From Nitrospirota bacterium (lineage in GTDB: Bacteria > Nitrospirota > Thermodesulfovibrionia > Thermodesulfovibrionales > UBA9159), in NCBI GenBank assembly GCA_963699545.1, contig CAVOUE010000003.1:1-64000 (forward strand): a stretch of DNA of 64,000 nt, given 5' to 3'. A program made the position numbers and the translations under genes. How positions within the stretch are numbered: the stretch's first letter is position 1; every line of letters starts with the position of its first letter. Under the pieces are notes generated by a model, which had not been told where the DNA came from, did not search any database, and worked only from the letters and a program-made list of their open reading frames with translations. Positions 35,508-46,519 of the stretch are shown in pieces.

Positions 35508-36812
35508 ATGATAACACGGTATACTCGCCCTGAAATGGGCAGGATATGGACTCTGGAGAGCAAATATATGAAGTGGCTTGAAGTGGAGATCGCTGCCTGT
35601 GAGGCGTGGACCGAGAGAGGAGAGATTCCGGTGGCGGTCCTCAAGACGATCAGGAAGAGGGCGCGTTTTGACGCGGACAGAATCGATGAGCTCGAGAAGA
35701 CCGTGAAACACGATGTCATCGCGTTCCTCACCTCGGTGGCGGAGAATGTGGGACCGGAGTCGCGGTTTATCCACAAAGGGCTGACGTCCTCTGACATCGT
35801 TGATACCGCCCTTTCGCTCCTCATGCGGGAGGCCTCTGACGTACTTCTCGGGGATATGCGAGAATTGCTGGATGTCATGAAAAAGCAGGCATTCAGGTTC
35901 AAGAATACGCCTTGCATAGGCCGCAGCCACGGCGTCCATGCCGAACCCATGACCTTTGGACTGAAGTTCGCCCTCTGGTATGAGGACTTCAGGCGGAATC
36001 TGGCAAGGATGAGAAGGGCTAAGGAGATCATCAGTATCGGAAAACTCTCAGGGGCCGTTGGTACGTTCTCGAATATTCCCCCGGCTATCGAAGAACAGGT
36101 ATGCAGGAAGCTCAAGCTCAAACCGGAGACGGTGGCTACGCAGGTGATCCAGAGGGACAGACATGGGGAGTACCTTCTGACCCTCGCTTTAATCGCCGCT
36201 TCTGTCGAAAGGATCGCGGTGGAGATACGGCACCTTCAGAGGACCGAAGTCCTGGAGGCTGAGGAGCCTTTCGAGGCCGGCCAGAAGGGCTCGTCCGCCA
36301 TGCCGCACAAGAGGAATCCCGTGGGCTCTGAAAACCTTTCGGGCCTCGCCAGAGTAGTGAGGGCGAACGCTCTGGCAGCCCTGGAGGATGTTGCATTGTG
36401 GCACGAAAGAGACATATCACATTCGTCAGTCGAGCGGATCATCATCCCTGACAGCTCCATACTTGTCGACTACATGCTCAATCGCCTCAAGAACATTCTG
36501 GATGGTCTTCTCGTATACCCCGAAAGGATGAAAGAGAACATTGACAGGAGTTACGGCCTCTACAACTCCCAGAGGGTCATGCTCGCCCTCACCGAAAAGG
36601 GACTCAGCAGGGAAGATGCCTACGCCATTGTCCAGAGAAACGCCATGAAGAGCTGGAAAGAGGGAAAAGAATTCAAGGGCCTGTTGCTGAAAGACAGGAA
36701 CGTCAGGAAATATCTCACCCCAAGAGCGATGGATGACCTTTTCGATCTGAAGCACTATTTCAGGAATGTGGATTATATCTTCGCCAGAGTCTTCGGAAAG
36801 GAAAAGGCATGA
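35508..36812 (+). CDS. purB: Adenylosuccinate lyase
   Basis: MITRYTR, GRSHGVHAEP, GSSAMPHKRNP. Confidence 0.98.
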   Translation: MITRYTRPEMGRIWTLESKYMKWLEVEIAACEAWTERGEIPVAVLKTIRKRARFDADRIDELEKTVKHDVIAFLTSVAENVGPESRFIHKGLTSSDIVDTALSLLMREASDVLLGDMRELLDVMKKQAFRFKNTPCIGRSHGVHAEPMTFGLKFALWYEDFRRNLARMRRAKEIISIGKLSGAVGTFSNIPPAIEEQVCRKLKLKPETVATQVIQRDRHGEYLLTLALIAASVERIAVEIRHLQRTEVLEAEEPFEAGQKGSSAMPHKRNPVGSENLSGLARVVRANALAALEDVALWHERDISHSSVERIIIPDSSILVDYMLNRLKNILDGLLVYPERMKENIDRSYGLYNSQRVMLALTEKGLSREDAYAIVQRNAMKSWKEGKEFKGLLLKDRNVRKYLTPRAMDDLFDLKHYFRNVDYIFARVFGKEKA

Positions 36813-36994
36813 AGGCCAGCGTGAGGGTCACGCTGAAAACAGGATCCGCTGAGGACGCTCAACGGCTTCTCATGATGGTCTGCGAAGGGCTCGTTGCAAG
36901 CGGCTCTATAGAGGACTACAGTTTCGAGATAGAGACCGACAAAGGCGTGGTCACTGAAAAATGCATCCTTTCAGAAGGCGGGGTCATCGCCTGA
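36809..36994 (+). CDS. Degenerate PurS-like small protein
   Basis: MKASVRVTLK and MVCEGLVASGSIEDYSFEIE match the PurS termini; the central DPQG segment is absent; start overlaps the purB stop. Confidence 0.6.
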   Translation: MKASVRVTLKTGSAEDAQRLLMMVCEGLVASGSIEDYSFEIETDKGVVTEKCILSEGGVIA

Positions 36995-37105
36995 CGAAGA
37001 TGAGAATGCCGGTCGGCAGAAAAAGATTCTCAGCGCCCGTCCCATCCCGTAATAAGCTGTTATACTATGAACCGCTGTCAGATTTCTTAGCGGGAGGATA
37101 ATAAA

Positions 37106-40100
37106 GTGTCTTTGCTGTACTCTTATCGTAAACCGGTCCTTTCCGAGAGGAAGAAAAGGGACCTCCTGTCCCTGGTGAAGGACAGGGTTGCATCCGGGAT
37201 AGAGGATATCCTGACGGAGTATTGTTTTTATATCGAGGCAAAAGAGCCCCTTAAGCCTGAGGAGATGGGATTGCTCCGATGGCTCCTGCGAGAGACCTTC
37301 GAACCTGACAACTTTTCCGGTGAAAGTTTTCTCAATGGGAACTCCGAACGCCGAACCAGAGACTGTCTTTTGGAGGTCGGTCCCCGGATGAACTTCACCA
37401 CCGCGTGGTCAACCAATGCTGTTTCCGTCTGCCATGCCTGCGGGTTGTCAAAGGTCACGAGGATCGAACGTTCAAGGAGGTACAGGTTGGTCTTCGCAGA
37501 CATGGGTCAGGGGGTCCAAGGGGTGGAAGGTCCTCCACCGGAATCCTTGACCCCTCGACCCCTTGAATCCGTCGCAACAAAAGCATTTCTGGACCTCGTC
37601 CACGACCGGATGACGGAATGCCTCTACCCCGAAAGGCTCCGGACCTTTGATCCGGGAATAAAGCCTGAACGTGTGTCCGAGGTGAAAATCCTGGAAGAAG
37701 GCAAGACAGTCATTGAAAAGGTCAGCCGGGAGCTTGGGCTTGGCCTTGATGAGTGGGATATGGAGTACTATTACAACCTTTTTGCCCGGGACCTCAAGAG
37801 AAATCCAACGAATGTCGAATGCTTTGACCTCGGCCAGTCAAACAGCGAACACTCAAGGCACTGGTTCTTTAGGGGCAGGCTCGTGATCGACGGGGAAGAG
37901 GTGCGCCACACCCTCATGGAGCTCATAAAGGAGCCGTACAAAAAGAATCCGAACAACAGCGTTATCGCCTTCAACGATAACTCCAGCGCCATACAAGGCT
38001 ACAGGATCAGGACCATCATTCCTGAAAGACCCGGCAGGCCGTCACCCTTTGCCGAAAGGGATGTGACGTATCACGTCATATTCACCGCAGAGACCCATAA
38101 CTTCCCCAGCGGGGTAGCTCCTTTCCCGGGCGCAGAGACAGGGACGGGCGGCAGGATCAGAGATGTCCAGGCGGTGGGACGGGGTGGGCTCGTGGTGGCG
38201 GGCACCGCTGCATATTGTGTCGGCAATCTCCTGATCCCCGGGTATGCCCTTCCGTGGGAGGATGAATCGCTTGCGTACCCGGCAAATCTTGCTTCTCCGT
38301 TACAGATAGAGATCGAGGCGAGCAACGGCGCATCAGACTACGGGAACAAGTTCGGAGAGCCCGTGATCCAGGGCTATACGAGATCTTTTGGGCTCAAGCT
38401 CCCCAGTGGAGAGAGAAGAGAGTGGATAAAGCCCATCATGTTCACGGGCGGGATAGGCAATATGGATGAAGGTCATGTGGCCAAAGGGGAACCCGAAAGG
38501 GGTATGCTGGTGGTCAAGATCGGAGGTCCTGCATACCGTATCGGTATCGGAGGGGGCGCGGCATCCAGCATGATACAGGGAGAGAATGTAGAGGAACTGG
38601 ACTTCAATGCCGTTCAGCGCGGAGATGCAGAGATGGAACAGAAGATGAACAGGGTCATCCGTGCCTGCGTCGAGTTGGAAGAGAAGAACCCGATCATAAG
38701 CATCCACGACCAGGGTGCAGGCGGAAACTGTAACGTGATAAAGGAGCTGATCTATCCTGCAGGAGCGAAGATAGAGATCAGAAAAATTCCGCTGGGTGAC
38801 AACACCCTCTCGGTCCTCGAAATATGGGGCGCAGAATATCAGGAGGCCAATGCCCTCTTGATACGCCAAGAGAGCGCGGAAATGTTCGGGGAAATGTGCA
38901 ACAGGGAGAAGGTCCCTTATGCCATTGTGGGGCAGATAACAGGGGATGGATACGTCGTTCTCCATGATGAGAATGATGGAAGTACCCCGGTGAACCTGGA
39001 CCTCAGGAAGGTCTTGGGGGAGATGCCCCGGAAGACCTTCACGTTCAACAGGATCAGACCGGCACTTGCCCCTCTCGGACTGGAAGGGATAGCGGTGAGA
39101 GATGCCCTGGAAAGGGTCCTCAGGCTCGTCTCCGTCGGCTCAAAGAGATTCCTCGTCAATAAAGTGGACAGGTCTGTTACAGGTCTGATCGCAAGGCAAC
39201 AGTGTGCAGGCCCGCTCCAGCTTACGGTATCGGATGTCGCGGTGGTCGGCCAGAGTCATTTCGGAACCACCGGCGCAGCACTCTCCATCGGTGAACAGCC
39301 GGTCAAGGGATTGGTTGATCCTGCTGCCATGGCGAGGATGTCGGTGGCGGAGGCCCTCACCAATATTGTCTGGGCAAAGGTGAGCGGCCTTGAGGATATA
39401 CGGTGTTCGGGGAACTGGATGTGGCCTGCAAAACTCCCGGGAGAAGGGGCGGCCCTTTATGATGCTGCCGTGGCAATGAAGGACATCATGCTTGCCCTGG
39501 GGATCGCGGTGGACGGGGGCAAGGACAGCCTTTCCATGGCAGCGGTAGTGACAAAAAAAGACGGAACAAGAGAGATCGTTAAGGCCCCAGGTACGCTGGT
39601 AGTCTCCGCATATGCTACCTGCCCTGATATCACAAAGGTCATAACCCCGGACATAAAAAGACCTGGCCGGAGCAAACTCCTCCATATCGACCTGGGAGCG
39701 GGGAAACACAGGCTGGGCGGCTCTTCCCTTGCCCATGTGTACGGACAGATCGGGGATGAGTCTCCGGACGTGGAAGATCCCGGACTGCTGAAGCGCTCTT
39801 TTGAGGTTGTACAAACACTCATTGATGAGGGTCTGATCCTTTCGGGGCATGATGTCAGTGACGGCGGGTTGATGGTGACCCTCCTTGAGATGGCCTTTGC
39901 AGGGAACTGCGGCCTTGACGTGAACATTGACGACAGCGCGAAAGTGCGGAAGCCTGGGGGCGCAATCGTCCGCAGTGATTTCCGAACTTCCCGACTTCCG
40001 AACTTCAGCGCTTTCCGTCTTGTTCGCTGAAGAAGCAGGGCTTGTCATGGAGTGTTCCCCTGATGACACGGAAAGGGTCTTCACTGTCCTCAGAAATGCA

Positions 40101-41162
40101 GAGGTACCGTATCAGGTCATCGGAAAAACCATCCCGGAAAGAGAGATATGGATACGGTTTTGCGATGAGCCGGTTCTCCATGAGGGCATGGGGACATTGC
40201 GGTCGATGTGGGAAGAGACGAGCTATCGTCTGGACAGGCTTCAGGCCGATCCCGCATGTGTCGATGAGGAATGGAAGAGCATCTCCGAAAGGACGGGGCC
40301 TCGCTTCGAGCTCACCTTCACCCCGGAACAAACCCCTTCCGATATTCTCGGCAGGAAAGGGAACCCACGGGTCGCGATCATCAGGGAGGAAGGGAGCAAC
40401 GGCGACAGGGAGATGACATCGGCCTTTCACCTTGCAGGCTTCGAGACATGGGATGTTTCGATGGGAGACCTCATCCACGGGGATATGACGTTGGATCGGT
40501 TCATCGGTATCGCCTTCGTGGGCGGTTTCAGTTACGCAGATGTACTGGATTCGGCAAAGGGATGGGGGGGGGTGATACGGTTTCACACAAAGCTCTTCGA
40601 GCAGTTCCAGGGGTTCTATGAGAGGAAGGACACCTTCAGCCTCGGGGTATGCAACGGCTGCCAGCTCATGGCTTTGCTGGGCTGGGTCCCGTGGCAGGGG
40701 ATAGAGGACAGCTTCCAGCCGAGGTTCATTCGCAACCGGTCGGGCCGTTTTGAGTCACGGTTCGCAGCGGTAAAGATCCTCCCCAGTCCCTCCATCATGC
40801 TCGGGGGGATGGAAGGTTCGACACTGGGTATCTGGGTTGCCCACGGAGAGGGCATGGTATATTTCGCGGATGAAGTCACAAGGAAGAAAGTGCTTGACCT
40901 CGGCATTGCACCGGTAAGATATGTGGATGACGCCGGGAGGATTACCGAGTCCTATCCCTTCAACCCCAACGGCTCCCCCGAAGGGATCGCTTCCCTCTGC
41001 ACGCCCGACGGCAGACACCTCGCCATCATGCCCCATCCGGAGAGGACATTTCTGAAATGGCAGTGGCCGTGGATGCCGGAAGAATGGAAGAATACCCTTA
41101 AGGCATCACCCTGGCTCAGGATGTTCCAGAACGCGCGTCAGTGGTGTGATCGGAAAGAGTAA
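37106..41162 (+). CDS. purL: Large fused phosphoribosylformylglycinamidine synthase (frameshift near 39958)
   Basis: NSEHSRHWFF, ETHNFP, GGKDSLSM, HDVSDGG, then glutaminase domain GGFSYAD, GVCNGCQ, MPHPER. Confidence 0.96.
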
Positions 41163-41285
41163 TCCCGGCTTATCTCCTGATACATTCTTCTGCTCGCTGG
41201 TTCAGGGACATATAAAGCAACCTTCCGAAGCAGACATCCCGAGAAGCCATGGACAGAGGGGCCTTCTCTGAGGTAATATTAAAGC

Positions 41286-41966
41286 ATGATGAACGGGACA
41301 CTCCTCGGGAAGATTATGAGGAACATCAATGTGCTGAATGTGCTGCTTCTTGCACTGGTCATTGCTCTTGCCGCTTACATATTGCCTCCGGTCCTTAATG
41401 TAAGCGTTTCCTACACCCTGCCTGCTCAAAAAAAGGTCGCGCAACAGAAGGAAGTAATACCTGCTGTAGTGCAACCGCCGTCTGCTATGGAATACACAGT
41501 CATCAGTGAACAGAATCTCTTCCATCCCGAGAGGAAAATCTCTGCCGAGAAGAAAGACGAAAAGCCCTTGCCGAAACCGGAATTTGTTCTTTACGGTACT
41601 CTCATCACGAGCGATGAAAGCCTTGCCTTCATGGAAGACCGCAAGGCCCCACAGACAACCTCGGGCAGAGGGAAAAGACAGAGGACCCTCGGACTGGGAG
41701 GGACGTTTAGCGGTTATACCCTTAGCCGGATATACGAGGACCGGGTTATCATGGCAAGAGGCGAAGACAAAATTGAGGTAAGGGTCCACGACCTCTCGAA
41801 GACGAGGGGAGTTGCAGATACAACCCCGGGTCCAGATTCCGCGGTAGGAACTCCCGCCGCACCACGGAAACCGTCGGTACGAACACCCGCCACCGCATCA
41901 CGGCAAACTTCGGCGCCGGTTCCCCGCTCCCCCAGAAGGGTGCGACCAACTCCCTCTGAAGATTAA
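41286..41966 (+). CDS. Type II secretion GspC-like protein (orphan, no PDZ)
   Basis: N-terminal TM, NLFHP, LYGTL..AFMED..G.TFSGYTLSRIYEDRVIM HR-domain pattern, Pro-rich tail. Confidence 0.7.
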   Translation: MMNGTLLGKIMRNINVLNVLLLALVIALAAYILPPVLNVSVSYTLPAQKKVAQQKEVIPAVVQPPSAMEYTVISEQNLFHPERKISAEKKDEKPLPKPEFVLYGTLITSDESLAFMEDRKAPQTTSGRGKRQRTLGLGGTFSGYTLSRIYEDRVIMARGEDKIEVRVHDLSKTRGVADTTPGPDSAVGTPAAPRKPSVRTPATASRQTSAPVPRSPRRVRPTPSED

Positions 41967-42254
41967 CGGTTTAGTGCCTTTTTTTCATAAGTCCCTTAAT
42001 TCCCCTTTGTCAGAGATTGGAGCTAGTGATACTTGCCCTGCAGCACAAAGATCCAATGTGAGAAAGCAAAAAGCCCTTAGAAGTTTATCGAAAGAGATAA
42101 TCTATCTTAACTTGCATCATAGTCTCCCATTTTGCAAAACGCCTTGCTATAGGATATGTCGTTGTGATACTCTACTCCTCAGGTGGATAATTGTCCGCAT
42201 GCTTTATACCCCATCGCAAGTAAAAAAACAGCTTAGAACCGCTTCCCTCTTCAC

Positions 42255-43349
42255 ATGAACTATACGATCGAACTCTTTCGCGGCATCGCAGCCTTCATGG
42301 TTCTGAACTCTCACTATGTCCGTTTCTTGAGCGAACAAAGGAATCTATTACATTTTCTATGGACTGGCGTGGACTTCTTTTTTGTTATCAGCGGGTTTGT
42401 TTTCGCCAGGACAATACTCTACAAAAATGCTCGTTTTATCCCGTATATCACAAGAAGGTTTTTCAGAATATACCCTCTCTATATCTGCTCACTCGCATTG
42501 TATTACTATATCACTCCTGGACATGCAGAAAAAACGACCTTCTTGCTCAAACATATCCTCTTTCTTCAGACCACCAGTTCACTTTCTGAAGCATTTTATT
42601 TCAACCCTGCCTACTGGAGTCTTCCGGTCGAGATGGAGTTCTATTTCTTTGTGCCACTCTTAGGCTGGTTATGCAAAAAATATGGAATTGTAATATTGTG
42701 GAGATCGCTTCCATTACTTCTGGGAATAAAGATCTTCCTGACGCTCAATAGCAATCCCCAGCCTGAGATGTTTAACGTATACAACAGCTTGAATATTCAT
42801 CTGCCCGGAAAGATTGTTGAATTTCTTGTCGGCATCTTCCTCTACAACGCCTTCGAACACTATTATGAAAGAAACCTTAATCCGGGGCAGCTGTTCGTCG
42901 TGTTCATGCTCGGTCTCATGATTATCCTTGGTCTCGGAATGGTCTTTGTAACCTACGGAGATGAGGGGATCAACAAGGTATTCCTTCTCAGAGCGATTCT
43001 TAACATAGCTTGTGCTGTCGGATATGGATTGATATTGTTCAGCTTCCTCTTTTTGTTCAAACAAAACCATCCAAAGATGCAATTAATAAGTACCTTCGCA
43101 GGAAACATAAGTTATGGTGTTTATCTTTTTCATAATTTGCTCCCTCTTGCACTCTTGAAGTTCAATGTCCCCGTGAGCGGGGTGTCCGCCTACTTCTCAT
43201 GCGTTATCGCTGTCATTATCCTTTCGCTTATTTTTCACTATTCCGTCGAGAACCCCTGTCGTCAGTTTGGAAGGTACTTATCAAAGAAGTATGAACTGCA
43301 TGCGGATAAGCAAAGTCGCGGGGACCACGATCATCCGCACCGGACTTAA
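42255..43349 (+). CDS. Acyltransferase family 3 (OafA-like O-acyltransferase)
   Basis: FRGIAA, GVDFFFVISGF, RRFFRIYPLY, WSLPVEMEFY, ISYGVYLFH. Confidence 0.93.
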   Translation: MNYTIELFRGIAAFMVLNSHYVRFLSEQRNLLHFLWTGVDFFFVISGFVFARTILYKNARFIPYITRRFFRIYPLYICSLALYYYITPGHAEKTTFLLKHILFLQTTSSLSEAFYFNPAYWSLPVEMEFYFFVPLLGWLCKKYGIVILWRSLPLLLGIKIFLTLNSNPQPEMFNVYNSLNIHLPGKIVEFLVGIFLYNAFEHYYERNLNPGQLFVVFMLGLMIILGLGMVFVTYGDEGINKVFLLRAILNIACAVGYGLILFSFLFLFKQNHPKMQLISTFAGNISYGVYLFHNLLPLALLKFNVPVSGVSAYFSCVIAVIILSLIFHYSVENPCRQFGRYLSKKYELHADKQSRGDHDHPHRT

Positions 43350-43376
43350 CCCACGGTCGCTGCACCGAGCCCCCTC

Positions 43377-45045
43377 TTAGTAATCTATGGCGCTCCCGCC
43401 GCTCAATGCATCGACGAATTTCCTGAACCATCTGCCGTCTATAAAAAGATAGGTGTCTTCTACCACAACCTCCTTAGGAGGGATGGAGGTCTCTTTCCCC
43501 AGCACCATCATTTTCGGCACATCATAGTTGACCTTGATCTTTACCTCAGCCTCATTCCCCCTTATCTTCACCTCTTCGATGGAGTAACGGTGGTATACCA
43601 TCGGTCCTCTCTGGACGGCGTACACATCAAAGGGCATCTTCGACCTGTAGAACGGGTCATGTATCTCATACGTAACCTTCATGTCCTTTTTCAACATCCC
43701 CTTCCAGTAGGCATTCACCTTCTCTCTCAGTAATGCCTCTTTCTTCCTGAGACTGACACCCTTGTCCTTCCGGGATGCCATCTTCACCGCCTCATCCCAC
43801 TTCACGTGCATCATAATAAGATCAGCGAGATTTCTTTCATCGTTTCTGAACTGATGCCAGGCAAGATGAAAAGTCCCCTTTGTAAAGCCTATTCTCGGCC
43901 TGAGGGCAACAAACTTGCTGCTTGAAACAGCGATATCCCCGTCCATCCAGGTCTTTCCTCTGTCAGGAGAACAGCTTCATCCTTACCCCTGAACGTATGT
44001 CCCTTGAATCTTCCCATACCACTGCCACCTTGCGTCCGTCGACAGCCATCCTCGGAAGCCATGCCCTCGTGTTGTCGAATTCGCTCTTGTCGATCCTCTT
44101 TACGTCCCAGTTCATGCCCGCGTCCTCACTCACGGCAGCATAGATCCTCTGCTTGAACTTCCAGCGGTCCTCACCACTGAAAACAACGAGGACTCTGCCG
44201 TCTTCCCATTCGTGATGATCCATCCTCGCCACATCAAGGCCCTCAGCCTCTTTTACCCTGAAGGCCTTCCATAAGGCATCCTCCTTCACAAAGCCCTCAA
44301 GGGAAAATACCCCCTCGTGAGAGGTCTTGTAGAGCACGACCGGCTTTCCCTTTACGCTCCATCCCTCCATAAAAGAAACTCCTTCCACCTCTTTCAGCAC
44401 CACCGATCCCTTTTGTTCCAAAGAAACGGGGTCGACCGTCGTTGCCCGCACCTGTCCTTTATTTCCTTTCATGGCAAAATAGAAAAGGTGAAGCACGTCG
44501 TCCGTAACCACCACCACAGGATGGTAAAGAGATGACAATTCCTCCAACTGCAAGGGAACCCTTCTGAAGGTCTTCCCTTTGTCGGAAGAGAGATTCAGGA
44601 AGAGCTCAGGCTCTTTGCCGGAAGCATCGATGATGTAGAGATTCTCCTTGCTGTCTGCAAAAATTCTTACATTCGTCGCTTTTATCCCGGACGCCAATTC
44701 CGCGATGTCTCCGAAGGTCCTCCCATTGTCCCGGGACGCAGTGAACAGGACCTTGTTCCCTCCCGGACTCCTCTCTATCCATGCCATAAAGATGGAGGGC
44801 CCCGCAGCCCTGAGGGAAGGGCTCATTATCGTGACGCCCTTGCCTTTGCCTTCCCGCATCCTGAGAGGGTCCTTTCCTGTGCTCCACAGATACAGATCTC
44901 CGTCCTTGACATAGCAGACCCATTGAGAGGAAAGAAGCGGCTCGAGGGTGATATCGACAGAGCCCACCCTGACCTCAGCGGCCAGGGACCCTGCCTGAGA
45001 AAGCAAGAGAAACATGAGAAGAAGAAATCTCATTTGACGGTTCAT
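43377..45045 (-). CDS. Exported BNR/Asp-box propeller protein fused to a C-terminal NTF2-like domain (frameshift near 43970)
   Basis: Signal peptide; SRDNGRTF, SSDKGKTF, SEDAGMNW; removing one base restores SPDRGKTW and joins ORF 43377-43946. Confidence 0.8.
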
Positions 45046-45232
45046 GGCACTCCCAAACAGTAAGATAATACCACAGGATCGCGTCTGTTATAAAGCCTGT
45101 TCAATGATCGCACTTCTTCCTGTCAGAAGGATGCGCACAGGTGAACAAGGGAAGAACAGTGCATCAAAAAAGGGGAAAAGGAAAATATCCTTCCGGAATC
45201 ATGCTGAGAGAATATGCATGAGGACGAAAGCC

Positions 45233-45283
45233 AAAAAAAAGAGAGGTACGGATTCCCTCTGTATCCAGAGAACCCGTACCTCT
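45233..45283 (-). terminator. Terminator after secreted protein B
   Basis: AGAGGTACGG...CCGTACCTCT stem then T8 on the minus strand. Confidence 0.7.
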
Positions 45284-45315
45284 TAACGCCTTCAAAAATG
45301 CGCTTCTCTCCTCTG

Positions 45316-46296
45316 TTAATCAGCGTTACTCAGGAGGAATGCGTTGTTGTTTGATGCCCCTCCAGGAACAAAGGGTGCACTAAAGGTGAATTCGAGCTTG
45401 TAGATAAGGGCAGGGTCCCCACCAACAACGTCAATCCTCCCCCATCCTCCGGTGGTGGCGAGTGCCGCCTGTGAAGTGGAATCGAGCAGATCTATCAAAT
45501 CCACTCCGGCAGTACACCTCACCAATTGTGTTTTTGTGAAACTATAGACATCACCGGTCCTTCCCTCGATCCCGGCAGTACCATTTGACTGAAATAGCTG
45601 GATAGTAGAAGTGCGGTCGTTACTGAACAGATCAGTTCCAATAGGGGTCACAAAAAATCTCGTGGTCCAGCTGTTGAGATCAAAGAAAGTGAACCGCTTG
45701 CTCTCTCCGGCCCCGGGTACGATCACATTCACGACACTCCCGGCCGGGGTAGCGAAAAAGCTGAAATCTTCTCGAGTCGTATCATTGATCGCCCTGTACC
45801 CCCAGGCTGAGCCCGAGACGACATCCATGATGATCGCCTCACCCCTCAGGGAAATATTAGAACCGACATTCAGCCTCGTTCCGGCGGCGTTAGAATTGGT
45901 GACAAGCAGGTATGCCCTTAGAGGAGTTGTTCCGATGGTATTAAAGGCTCCCCCATAAGTGTCACCATCATTAAAGAGCGCAAGCCCGCCGTTAAATACC
46001 CCGGAGGCATCGAAGCTCACAAGGTCAGGCACAAAAGTAGGCATCGTAAAAGAATCATTTGTGCATCCGCCGGTGTAGTTGGGCAGATCCCCCGAAAACG
46101 TCGGTTTCCAGCTGTAGGTAAACTGGAGGTGATCGCTACCCGGACCCTGATTTGTGACTGAAACAATAGTCGTGACAGCGGGAGGATTCGCTGCGATCAC
46201 AGGAAAAAGGACTGTGTCTGCCATTGCCTGAGCAGCAACTCCAAGGAGCACCACAAGACAAAAACATAGTATGACTGCTTTACCTTTCCCTTTCAT
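45316..46296 (-). CDS. Secreted beta-rich surface protein B (paralog of 60231-61502)
   Basis: Sec signal (AQAMA|DTVLFP), Thr/Gly/Ser/Asn-rich, motif-for-motif match to protein A. Confidence 0.8.
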   Translation of the reverse strand: MKGKGKAVILCFCLVVLLGVAAQAMADTVLFPVIAANPPAVTTIVSVTNQGPGSDHLQFTYSWKPTFSGDLPNYTGGCTNDSFTMPTFVPDLVSFDASGVFNGGLALFNDGDTYGGAFNTIGTTPLRAYLLVTNSNAAGTRLNVGSNISLRGEAIIMDVVSGSAWGYRAINDTTREDFSFFATPAGSVVNVIVPGAGESKRFTFFDLNSWTTRFFVTPIGTDLFSNDRTSTIQLFQSNGTAGIEGRTGDVYSFTKTQLVRCTAGVDLIDLLDSTSQAALATTGGWGRIDVVGGDPALIYKLEFTFSAPFVPGGASNNNAFLLSNAD

Positions 46297-46519
46297 TTCG
46301 CACCCCTTCTCACTAAGGTTATTAAGACTGACTTCACATCCCACTCTTCAATCAAATCTTCTCACATTAATAACCACTTGTCAACTTCTCCACTTCCCAT
46401 TTTATACACATTGATTTACGAACCGCCCTATCTCCCTCCTGGGGCTCATCCGCATGGGAGATATCCGCTCTTGTGCGTTCCCCGATTGAGCGGGAAGAAG
46501 GTGAAACTCTGAGCGAGCC

